Of a DNA stretch of 32,666 nucleotides, positions 25,181-32,666 are shown in pieces (positions within the stretch are counted from its first letter, which is position 1; every line of letters begins with the position of its first letter). Source of the DNA: Candidatus Binatus sp. (GTDB taxonomy: Bacteria > Desulfobacterota > Binatia > Binatales > Binataceae); assembly GCF_036522015.1 (NCBI RefSeq), contig NZ_DATDGQ010000050.1, positions 1 through 32,666 on the forward strand, given 5' to 3'. A model generated the notes under the pieces. It was given only the letters and a program-made list of their open reading frames with translations. It had not been told where the DNA came from and did no database searches. The translations under genes were made by a program, and so were the position numbers.

Positions 25181-25788
25181 TGATTCGCCTGTACGACTAT
25201 CTGATATCAGGTAACGGCTACAAAGTTCGCCTCCTGCTGACCCAGCTTGCGATTCCGTTCGAGCGGATCGAGCTCAACATCACGAAGGGCGAGACCCGCA
25301 CGCCGGAATTTCTGCGCAAATTTCCGAACGGCAGAATACCCGCCGTCGAACTGGACGATGGCGAACTGCTGTTCGAGTCGAACGCGATCATCGCCTACTT
25401 TGCGGAGGGCACGCCGTTCATGCCGGTCGATCGTTTCCAGCGCGCGCAGGTTCTTCAGTGGCTCTTTTTCGAACAGTACAGTCACGAACCATACATCGCG
25501 AGCGTCCGCTACCTGGTGATGCATCCCGACGTGGCGGATCCTCGTCGCGCGATCGTCGACACCATGATGCGTCCGCGCGGATATGACGCGCTCGGGGTGA
25601 TGGAAGGGCATCTGAAGTCGCGCGACTGGTTCGTCGGCGACAGTTACTCGATCGCCGACATCGCGCTCTATGCTTACACGCATGTCGCCGAAGAAGGCGG
25701 CTTCCAGCTGGGCGACTATCCGGCGACTAGGGCGTGGCTCGAACGCGTGAAATCCCAGCCTCGGAATATTCCGATCACTCAGAGCTGA
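25180..25788 (+). CDS. glutathione S-transferase family protein
   Basis: This is the in-frame 202-aa part of ORF 25090..25788. The thioredoxin-like N-domain has SGNGYKVRLLL...PEFLRKFPNGRIPAVELDDGELLFESNAI (the cis-Pro and ES motif region), followed by a helical C-domain. The ATG overlaps the gltD stop (TGATG at 25178..25182). Confidence 0.85.
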   Translation: MIRLYDYLISGNGYKVRLLLTQLAIPFERIELNITKGETRTPEFLRKFPNGRIPAVELDDGELLFESNAIIAYFAEGTPFMPVDRFQRAQVLQWLFFEQYSHEPYIASVRYLVMHPDVADPRRAIVDTMMRPRGYDALGVMEGHLKSRDWFVGDSYSIADIALYAYTHVAEEGGFQLGDYPATRAWLERVKSQPRNIPITQS

Positions 25789-25791
25789 ATT

Positions 25792-26391
25792 TCAGCGACG
25801 AAGGCCCTGCGCGTCGAGTTTGCGGATCACCCACTCGATTCGATCCTCGCCCCAGAACGGTTCGCCGCCTACGATGAAGGTCGGCACACCGAAGACCTTG
25901 TCGCAATCAGCCTCGGCGAAGCATGCCTCCAGATCGGCATGCGCTTCAATGTCGGCATAGCGGACAAATTCGGCGGAATCGAGACCGACTTCGGCGACGA
26001 TCGCTGAAATCGCGTCGCGACTTTCCACATCGAGCTCCTGTTTCCAGAATCGATCGAACACCCGATCGGAGTAGGGCCGGAACTGTTCTTTCTTTGCCGC
26101 GTAGAGGCCGCCATAGAATGCAAGGCGCGCGCTGAAAATCTTCTTCGGTGGATAGATGACGAGACCGCGCTCCTTCGCGATTCGACGCGCATCGATGTAA
26201 AGATAGCGAACCTTGCGCCGATCAGCGTCTTCACGATCGAGCGGCCCGTAAACTTTTCGGATGTTCACGCCGTAAGGAATGAAACGCACGCGCACGCGAT
26301 GCGACAGTTCAAGGTCGCAGGCGGGTTGCATCGCGAGGTACGAGTACGGACTCGTATATGCGAAGTACAACTTGATTTCGGAGAGCGTCAT
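25792..26391 (-). CDS. DsbA-fold 2-hydroxychromene-2-carboxylate isomerase-like / GST-kappa-like protein
   Basis: This is the 199-aa part of ORF 25792..26481 starting MTLSEIKLYFAYTSPYSYLA, the family-typical FxxSPYSY opening, with a C-terminal VFGVPTFIVGGEPFWGEDRI. The start overlaps the glcF stop (ATGA at 26388..26391). Confidence 0.75.
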   Translation of the reverse strand: MTLSEIKLYFAYTSPYSYLAMQPACDLELSHRVRVRFIPYGVNIRKVYGPLDREDADRRKVRYLYIDARRIAKERGLVIYPPKKIFSARLAFYGGLYAAKKEQFRPYSDRVFDRFWKQELDVESRDAISAIVAEVGLDSAEFVRYADIEAHADLEACFAEADCDKVFGVPTFIVGGEPFWGEDRIEWVIRKLDAQGLRR

Positions 26392-27665
26392 TGGGACGCG
26401 ATGGCGAGAAAGTCCGCCAGATGGACGACTTTGATTTTCGATCCGCGCCGGCGAAGTTCGGCGGCGATCTGAAACTCGCATCCGGGGTTTGCCAGCACAA
26501 CGTATTCGGCATTTGTCGCCACGATGTTGTCGGCTTTCCGCCGCGCCAGTTCGCGCGCCATTGCCGGCTCAGTCAAATTGTAGGAGCCGGCCGAGCCGCA
26601 GCAGAGATCGGACTCCGGCATCTCGACGATCTCGACGCCCGGAATCGAAGCGAGTAATTTGCGCGGTGCTTCGCGCACGCCGAGTCCGTGCGCGAGGTGA
26701 CAAGCGTCGTGATAGGTGACGCGGCATCGAAATTCGCGCTTTGGATTTGCCGGCGCGTCGAGCAGCAAAGCACTCAAGTCCCGGACTCTGGAGGAAACCG
26801 CGCGCGCATCTTCGGAGAATTCCGGTTCGTCCTTGAGCAGTTCACCGTATTCGGCGATTGCCACCGAACATCCCGACGCCGCCGATACTATTGCGTCTGC
26901 GCCGGAATTCTTCAGCGCGCGAACATTGGTGCGGGCGAAATTGCCGGCACGCGCGGCGTTACCCGAATGCAGATCGAGCGCGCCACAGCATGAGGTCGGT
27001 TCGATCTGTACGACGCGATATCCCGCGGCAGCCAGCAGACGCTCAGTGTTCAGGTTTTCCGAATTCGCGACCACTTGCGTGACGCATCCGTGATGCACGA
27101 CGACCGTGGATGCGTCCGCGCGAGGTGCGATCGTTGTTCCGCTGGCGAGCGGGCGCGAGCCGGGTTCAAGCGGTGGAAGAAGATCCAGCCAATCGCGAAT
27201 CGTACGCGGCATGACGGCTCTCAGAGCGGACCTCAAGCCCAGACACTCGACCAGCTTCAACGGTGCGAGCAGCGTTTGGAGACGATTTGGGTACGGGAAA
27301 ATCGCACTGACGGCGCCTCGCTTTACTCGATCGACGAGCCCGCGGCGATGCTCCTGCTCGACGAACGCGCGCGCGCCTTCGATCAGGCGGCCGTAGTGAA
27401 CGCCGGACGGGCAGGCGGTCTCGCATCCGCGGCATCCGAGGCACAGATCGAGATGGCGCGCGGCATCGTCAGCGAGCTCGATACGACCTTCGGCAAGCGA
27501 CTTCATCAGATAGATTCGCCCGCGCGGCGAGTCCATCTCGCATCGCGTCACAATGTAGGTGGGACACGCCTCGGCGCAGAGCCCGCAATGAACGCAGTCG
27601 AACAGCAATTCGTAGTCGCAGACATCGCGAACCGGATTCGATGAGGTGACGCTCGGCTCGGCCAT
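26388..27665 (-). CDS. glcF: glycolate oxidase iron-sulfur subunit ((Fe-S)-binding protein with CCG domains)
   Basis: Two ferredoxin-type clusters (CVHCGLCAEACP and CLGCRGCETACP) are followed by two CCG-type Cys-rich domains (SCCG..., DLCCGSAGSY). The start ATG 27665 overlaps the glcE stop (TGATG). Confidence 0.85.
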   Translation of the reverse strand: MAEPSVTSSNPVRDVCDYELLFDCVHCGLCAEACPTYIVTRCEMDSPRGRIYLMKSLAEGRIELADDAARHLDLCLGCRGCETACPSGVHYGRLIEGARAFVEQEHRRGLVDRVKRGAVSAIFPYPNRLQTLLAPLKLVECLGLRSALRAVMPRTIRDWLDLLPPLEPGSRPLASGTTIAPRADASTVVVHHGCVTQVVANSENLNTERLLAAAGYRVVQIEPTSCCGALDLHSGNAARAGNFARTNVRALKNSGADAIVSAASGCSVAIAEYGELLKDEPEFSEDARAVSSRVRDLSALLLDAPANPKREFRCRVTYHDACHLAHGLGVREAPRKLLASIPGVEIVEMPESDLCCGSAGSYNLTEPAMARELARRKADNIVATNAEYVVLANPGCEFQIAAELRRRGSKIKVVHLADFLAIASQ

Positions 27666-28996
27666 CAGATGCCTCCGACGAAGCATCCGGGGTTGAAGAT
27701 GCCGGCCGGGTCGAAGGCGGCCTTTAGCCGGCGCATGAGCGATAGCGCGCCGGCGTTGGGAGTGTCGAAAACTTCCAGCGAATCACGAATCGCAGGCGTG
27801 GCGGCGAGCAGGCGAAGAGTACCGCGCGCCGAGTGCGCGGCTTCACGCCATCGCGCGACTGTCTTGACCGCGCGTTCGGCAGAAGGTTCATCGGCCAGCA
27901 GAATCTGGGCGACGCCGGAGCCGGCGTGGGCGCGAAATTCAATATCGTCGCCACATGCTTCAAGCGCGCGTCCGAGATGCGCAAGTGGAACCGCGATTTG
28001 CGCGGCCAGCGGAGCCGAGCGAAAATCGAGATCGCGCAACAACCCGTAACTCCTGAGAGCGGCTTCGTCGTCGAGAATCTCGCCGCGAGGACCTACCAAA
28101 TCGCGAATGCGTTCCGCCTGGTAGCCGATCTCGAGTGGACTTCCGGAGAAACCGGCCAGCAGAAGAAACTGCAAGGTAGAATTGAAGCGCCTTGCGAAAG
28201 ATGGACTTAGTATATCGAGATTACTCAGTGGCAGTGCGTCGTTGACTATGCGCGCGGCGGCGAACGCATCTGCGGCGCGTGCACAAGGAATCACGGCGAC
28301 CCAGTATTCAGCGGGAACCGGCCGCACTTTGAACGTCACCTCAGTTACTATTCCAAGCGTACCGAACGAACCGCCCATCAGCTTCATCAAATCATAACCG
28401 GCGACGTTTTTGACCACGCGGCCGCCGCCGTGAACGAGGTTGCCGCCGTGACCGACGAAGCGAACGCCGATCAGCAGGTCGCGCGAGGTGCCCTCCGAGA
28501 GACGCAGAGGCCCGGAATGTGCGGCGCAGACCAGCGATCCGAGAGTTGTCACCGAGGGGTTGCAAGGATCGACGGGAAGCCGCTGGCGCGCAGACCCCAT
28601 CGCGGTATTGAGCGCGCCGACTGTGATCCCCGACTCCGCAACAATCGTCATGTCGTCGGGTTCGTAGGCGACAATTCGCGCGAGGCGTGCCATCGAGATG
28701 CCGAGTGCGACGGGCGAAGGGCGAATCACGGCGAGCGAGCGCGCCGCGCCCATAGGAGCCAGCGCGATTCGATCCGCTTCGCACATCCGGACCAGCTCGC
28801 AAATTTCCTCGACCGACCCGGGCTCGACGATCGTATCCGCGGCGCGCGCCTCGCTATTGGTTGGCGCGCGTACATGGCCGGTCCCAACGATCGAGTCGAG
28901 CCGGTTCGCGAGATTTGAGGATGTAGTGACGGCCACGATTTCCGTTGCGGCGACTAGATCGGTACCTGGCGGCGCGGCGCGGCAACCTCGACGCAT
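27665..28996 (-). CDS. glcE: glycolate oxidase FAD-binding subunit
   Basis: The call rests on an FAD_binding_4-type domain (PMGAARSL..., GGNLVHGGGRVVKNVAGYDLMKLMGGSFGTLG) and its position between glcD and glcF. The start is uncertain. ATG 28996 would overlap glcD by 43 nt, and the in-frame GTG 28936 lies 18 nt after the glcD stop. Confidence 0.75.
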   Translation of the reverse strand: MRRGCRAAPPGTDLVAATEIVAVTTSSNLANRLDSIVGTGHVRAPTNSEARAADTIVEPGSVEEICELVRMCEADRIALAPMGAARSLAVIRPSPVALGISMARLARIVAYEPDDMTIVAESGITVGALNTAMGSARQRLPVDPCNPSVTTLGSLVCAAHSGPLRLSEGTSRDLLIGVRFVGHGGNLVHGGGRVVKNVAGYDLMKLMGGSFGTLGIVTEVTFKVRPVPAEYWVAVIPCARAADAFAAARIVNDALPLSNLDILSPSFARRFNSTLQFLLLAGFSGSPLEIGYQAERIRDLVGPRGEILDDEAALRSYGLLRDLDFRSAPLAAQIAVPLAHLGRALEACGDDIEFRAHAGSGVAQILLADEPSAERAVKTVARWREAAHSARGTLRLLAATPAIRDSLEVFDTPNAGALSLMRRLKAAFDPAGIFNPGCFVGGI

Positions 28997-30387
28997 GTGC
29001 CCGGCTGCGGAATCACTTTGCCGGGATTCGATCGCTCGAGTGGATCGAACACGTGACGCAACTCGGTCATGACGCGAAGATCGTCGGGCGAGAACATCAG
29101 CGCCATCTCCCCAATCTTCTCGACGCCGATTCCGTGCTCGCCCGTAAGGCTGCCGCCCATCTCGATGCAGGCTTTGAGGATTTCGCGGCCGGCCTCGATT
29201 GCCCGGCGGACCTGATCGGGCTCGCGCTCATCGTAAAGAATGATCGGATGCAAATTTCCGTCGCCGGCATGGAACACGTTGCCTATGCGCAAGTCGTAGC
29301 GGCGGCTGACGTCGGCGATCACGCGGAGAATCCGCGGCAGGCAGGTTCGCGGCACGACGCCATCCTGCGTCGCGTAGTTCGGCGCGAGGCGGCCGACCGC
29401 TCCGAAAGCCCGTTTGCGTGCCTTCCACAACAGCGCGCGCTCCGCTTCGTCACGCGCGAGCCTTATGCTCGACGCGCCCGCCGCCAGCGCCGTCTTCGTT
29501 ACCTCGTCTGCATGCGAGGTCAAGCCGGCCTCAAGCCCTTCGAGTTCGATGATGAGCACCGCGCCCGCGTCGAGTGGGAGGCCGACGTTGAACGCCTGTT
29601 CGACGGCTTGAATGATCAGCTGGTCCATCATTTCGAGCGCGGCCGGCACAATCCCCGAGGCGATTATCTTCGACACTGCGTGCGTCGCGGTGTCGGCGTC
29701 GGGAAACGTGGCGAGGAGCGTGCGATGGTTCTCGGGCTCGCGCATCAGCTTGAGCGTTGCGCGCGTGACGATTCCGGTGGTGCCCTCCGCGCCGACGACC
29801 GCGCCGACCAGGTCGTAGCCGCATCGCTCTTCGGTAGGATCACCAAGCTCGACGACGTCGCCCTCCGGCAGGACCAGCTCGAGGGCCAGCACGTGATTGG
29901 TGGTCACCCCGTATTTCAAGGTGTGCGGCCCGCCGGAATTTTCCGCGATGTTGCCGCCGATCGTGCATGCGACTTGCGACGAAGGATCGGGCGCGTAGAA
30001 AAATCCTTTTGCCTTGACCGCATTGGTGATGTGCAGGTTGACGACGCCACTTTCGGCCACGACGCGCCGATTGTCGAGATCAATTTCGACAATCCGGTTC
30101 ATCTTCGACGTGCAGATCATCGCGGGCGCGTTCAGCGGGAGGCATCCCCCGGAGAGACCGGTGCCCGCGCCGCGCGGAACGAAAGCAACGCCGCGGCGGT
30201 GCAGCGCGGCGAGGATGGCGCTCAACTGCGAAGTCGAGCGCGGGAGCAACAGCACATCTGGGATACTCTTCTCGACGGTCCAACCATCGCACTCGTAAAC
30301 TTTCAGCTCGGTCGCGCGCGAGACAATTCCGCCATCGCCAAGAATTTCGCGAAGCTCGTCGAGAAGTTTGCGGTCGATGCTACTCAT
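28954..30387 (-). CDS. glcD: glycolate oxidase subunit D (FAD-linked oxidase)
   Basis: This is the 477-aa part of ORF 28954..30459 starting MSSIDRKLLDELREILG...YECDGW. It contains FVPRGAGTGLSGG, an FAD-oxidase C-domain and GSLTGEHGIGVEK. I chose the start by its resemblance to typical GlcD N-termini. Confidence 0.85.
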   Translation of the reverse strand: MSSIDRKLLDELREILGDGGIVSRATELKVYECDGWTVEKSIPDVLLLPRSTSQLSAILAALHRRGVAFVPRGAGTGLSGGCLPLNAPAMICTSKMNRIVEIDLDNRRVVAESGVVNLHITNAVKAKGFFYAPDPSSQVACTIGGNIAENSGGPHTLKYGVTTNHVLALELVLPEGDVVELGDPTEERCGYDLVGAVVGAEGTTGIVTRATLKLMREPENHRTLLATFPDADTATHAVSKIIASGIVPAALEMMDQLIIQAVEQAFNVGLPLDAGAVLIIELEGLEAGLTSHADEVTKTALAAGASSIRLARDEAERALLWKARKRAFGAVGRLAPNYATQDGVVPRTCLPRILRVIADVSRRYDLRIGNVFHAGDGNLHPIILYDEREPDQVRRAIEAGREILKACIEMGGSLTGEHGIGVEKIGEMALMFSPDDLRVMTELRHVFDPLERSNPGKVIPQPGTCVEVAAPRRQVPI

Positions 30388-30457
30388 TTCTATTGCCCGC
30401 GCGTTCAATCCTGCACTGTACCACGAGCAACGCTTTTGCGGTTGATCCTTCGCGGTC

Positions 30458-30466
30458 ATAATAGCA
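30458..30466 (-). promoter_or_regulatory. extended -10 promoter candidate (TGcTATTAT on the minus strand) for glcDEF
   Basis: The reverse complement of 30458..30466 reads TGCTATTAT. The -35 element is poor. The site lies about 70 nt upstream of ATG 30387, in the 153-bp divergent control region. Confidence 0.3.
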
Positions 30467-30540
30467 AGGTTCGATTTGTTTTCAGGAAAGCGATACCGAG
30501 TCGGATTACCGTTTCCGGCGCAGTTGAAGGAGAAAAGAAG

Positions 30541-31761
30541 GTGGCGGAATCATTTCCAGAACTCAGGCCTGCGGCGCGGATTCTGCTCGGTCCAGGGCCG
30601 TCAAACGTAAATCCGCGCGTGATGAAAGCGATGGCGTCGCCGGTGGTCGGGCACCTCGATCCGGATTTTCTGAAGGTCATGGAGAATATCAAGAAACTCC
30701 TCCGCATCGTGTTCCGCACCACCAATGAGATCACCTTTCCCGTCTCCGGCACAGGCTCGGCGGGGATGGAAACCGTGATGGCGAATCTGCTCGAGGACGG
30801 CGACGAGGTCGTGGTCGGCGTCAACGGCGCGTTTGGCACCCGGATGGCGGAAGTTGCGTCGCGGCAAGGCGCAAAGGTTCACAAGGTCGAGGCGGAGTGG
30901 GGAACGATCGTCGAGCCAGCGAAAGTCGCGGCAGCGTTGAAGGCGGCGAAGAATCCGAAACTGGTCGCGGTCGTTCACGCCGAGACCTCGACCGGGATAC
31001 ATCAACCGATCGAAGAGATTGCCGAGATGGCGCATCGCCACGGCGCGATGATCGCAATCGACGCAGTGACGTCACTCGCATGCGTGCCGGTCGAGATTGA
31101 TAAGTGGGGAATCGACGCGTGTTACAGCTGCACGCAGAAAGGAATCGGCGCGCCGCCGGGGCTTTCACCGGTGACGTTCAGCGAGCGCGCGATGGACTCG
31201 GTGCGCAAGCGCAAAACGAAGTGCCGCTCGTGGTACTTCGACGTCGCGTTAATCGAGCAGTATTGGGGGCCGGACCGGCTGTATCACCACACGGCGCCGA
31301 TCACGATGAACTACGCGCTCTACGAGGCGCTGCGAATCGTCGTCGAAGACGGGCTGGAAGCGCGATGGCGGCGGCATCGTGTCAACGCGGCTGCGTTCCA
31401 GGCGGGAGTGCGAGCTATGGGTCTGCAGCTTGCCGCGCAGGAAGGATACCGGCTGCCTCAGCTCACGACGATCGCTGTACCGGCGGGAATCGACGATATG
31501 AAGGTGCGCTCGGAACTACTGCGACTGTTCAATATGGAGATCGCGGCCGGGCTTGGACCGCTCAAGGGCAAGATCTGGCGCGTCGGCCTGATGGGAGAAG
31601 GCTCGCGGCGCGAAAATGTGATGCTGGCGCTGAACGCGCTGGAAGAAATCCTCGGTTCGATGGGATTCGAGATCGCGCGGGGCAGGGCGCTGACCGCTGC
31701 CGATGATGCTTACAGTGCCGAGGGGACGGGGGCAGGAGAACCGCCCGCGGAAGCCTCATGA
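30541..31761 (+). CDS. class-V aminotransferase, alanine-glyoxylate / serine-pyruvate aminotransferase family
   Basis: This is the C-terminal 406 aa of ORF 28945..31761, from GTG 30541 with GAAGGAG at 30527..30533. Typical segments are LLGPGPSNVNPRV, FPVSGTGSAGME, HAETSTG and the PLP-lysine block YSCTQKGIGAPPGLSP. The upstream 532 codons are an antisense shadow of glcD. Confidence 0.88.
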   Translation: MAESFPELRPAARILLGPGPSNVNPRVMKAMASPVVGHLDPDFLKVMENIKKLLRIVFRTTNEITFPVSGTGSAGMETVMANLLEDGDEVVVGVNGAFGTRMAEVASRQGAKVHKVEAEWGTIVEPAKVAAALKAAKNPKLVAVVHAETSTGIHQPIEEIAEMAHRHGAMIAIDAVTSLACVPVEIDKWGIDACYSCTQKGIGAPPGLSPVTFSERAMDSVRKRKTKCRSWYFDVALIEQYWGPDRLYHHTAPITMNYALYEALRIVVEDGLEARWRRHRVNAAAFQAGVRAMGLQLAAQEGYRLPQLTTIAVPAGIDDMKVRSELLRLFNMEIAAGLGPLKGKIWRVGLMGEGSRRENVMLALNALEEILGSMGFEIARGRALTAADDAYSAEGTGAGEPPAEAS

Positions 31762-32366
31762 AGATGTACGACTTCACGCTCGCGCCGAGTCCGCGGCGAG
31801 TGAGGATCTTCCTCGCGGAGAAGGGGATCGACCTCGAGTTGGTGCAAGTCGATATCATGCGCAATGCGAATCGCACACCGGAGTTCTACAACAAGAACCC
31901 GTCCGGCTCACTGCCGATTCTCGAACTTGACGACGGCAGTTGTCTCTCGGAGAGCGTCGCGATTTGCCGTTACTTCGAAGAGATCCAGCCGGCGCCGCCG
32001 CTGTTTGGCGTTGGCGCGCGCGAAAAAGCTCTGGTCGAGATGTGGAATCGCAGAATCGAGCTGGAAATCTTCGCGCCCGTCGGACACGTATGGTCGCACC
32101 TGAGCAAGGTCGCAGAAGGCCGCGGGCGGCGGATCCCCGAATTCGGCGAGATTCAGAAGCGTGCGGCGATCGAGCGCATCGCGTGGCTCGATGCGGAGCT
32201 GAACAATCGAGAATTCATCGCGGACAACCGATACTCCATCGCGGATATCACAACACTATGCATGATCGACTTCGCGCGGACCGTAGATATCCGGATTCAG
32301 CCCGAACAGACGAACCTGGCTCGGTGGTATAGTAAAGTGTCTTCGCGGCCCAGCGCGAAGGCATAG
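31758..32366 (+). CDS. glutathione S-transferase family protein (second copy)
   Basis: The N-domain is SPRRVRIFLAEKGIDLELVQVD...PEFYNKNPSGSLPILELDDGSCLSESVAI, and the C-domain has SIADIT. The ATG overlaps the aminotransferase stop (ATGA at 31758..31761). Confidence 0.85.
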   Translation: MKMYDFTLAPSPRRVRIFLAEKGIDLELVQVDIMRNANRTPEFYNKNPSGSLPILELDDGSCLSESVAICRYFEEIQPAPPLFGVGAREKALVEMWNRRIELEIFAPVGHVWSHLSKVAEGRGRRIPEFGEIQKRAAIERIAWLDAELNNREFIADNRYSIADITTLCMIDFARTVDIRIQPEQTNLARWYSKVSSRPSAKA

Positions 32367-32411
32367 TCAGTTACTATTAGTCTGACTATTTGCCAATAGT
32401 TAGTGGACTAG

Positions 32412-32666
32412 CTACTCGTCCGATTCTTCCGCGTCACCGGCGCCATTGGAACCGTTGCCGTTAGTGTCATCCTCGTCGCGTTCGGCCATCCCCGCTACAG
32501 CGCGAACCCGTTCGCCGCCCTCGAGCCGCACCATGTGAACGCCCTGCGCGTTGCGGCCGGTGATGCGCACGCCCTTGACCGCCAACCGGATCACCTTGCC
32601 ACCGTCGGTTATCAGCATCACCTGGTCGTCGATTCCGACCTGGCGGACGCTAATCACCTTGCCAGT
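32412..32666 (-). CDS. gyrA: DNA gyrase subunit A, C-terminal end (5' part lies beyond the window)
   Basis: The frame is open to base 32666. It reads ...TGKVISVRQVGIDDQVMLITDGGKVIRLAVKGVRITGRNAQGVHMVRLEGGERV..., the last beta-pinwheel blade with the GRNxQGV motif, followed by an acidic tail DEDDTNGNGSNGAGDAEESDE. Confidence 0.7.
   Translation of the reverse strand, partial: TGKVISVRQVGIDDQVMLITDGGKVIRLAVKGVRITGRNAQGVHMVRLEGGERVRAVAGMAERDEDDTNGNGSNGAGDAEESDE

Noticed and set aside
28945-30540. First 532 codons of the 938-aa plus-strand ORF 28945..31761
   Set aside because: This part runs antisense to glcD and translates to Arg/Ala-rich sequence. Recognisable aminotransferase sequence starts only at GTG 30541, which has a strong GAAGGAG SD.
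1-32666. CRISPR arrays, tRNA/rRNA genes, transposases, integrases, phage or defence-system genes
   Set aside because: I scanned the intergenic regions and the ORF translations. There are no regularly spaced repeats, no tRNA-like T-arm/acceptor patterns, and no DDE, tyrosine/serine recombinase or nuclease/helicase signatures.

Overview
High-GC (about 60-65%) bacterial chromosomal segment, densely coding, with about 28 genes. I saw no rRNA, tRNA, CRISPR array, transposase or integrase. Left third (1-9167) is redox and hydrolase housekeeping-type genes: a degenerate P-loop kinase-like gene, a deazaflavin-dependent (DDN-like) oxidoreductase, an amidase, a TetR regulator with a luciferase-like (LLM) oxidoreductase, a lipoprotein, an amidohydrolase-2 plus cyclase pair, and an orphan two-domain SagB/ThcOx-type dehydrogenase. 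The centre (9238-25180) is a nitrogen-assimilation island. It holds a HisKA_3 sensor kinase with a NarL/LuxR response regulator, an ammonium transporter and an APC permease that each sit behind a good sigma-54 (-24/-12) promoter match, then a PP2C phosphatase / membrane-anchored Hanks Ser/Thr kinase / second ammonium transporter unit (kinase stop overlaps the amt start as ATGA), then an Lrp/AsnC regulator translationally coupled to glutamate synthase gltB-gltD. No PII (glnK/glnB), ntrBC-type sigma-54 activator or glnA is visible. The right third (25180-32366) holds a glycolate oxidase operon (glcD-glcE-glcF plus a DsbA-fold HCCA-isomerase-like gene), divergent from an alanine/serine-glyoxylate class-V aminotransferase and bracketed by two GSTs. 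The window ends in the 3' end of gyrA. The most interesting candidate is the PP2C-kinase-Amt operon, a possible phospho-switch replacing GlnK control of ammonium transport. Secondary oddities are a recurring AT-rich multi-frame-stop motif family in short intergenic spacers, a MITE/REP-like inverted hairpin pair, a gene remnant, and three nucleotide-binding proteins with degenerate glycine/lysine motifs. All product calls come from motif recognition by eye. No database search was run.
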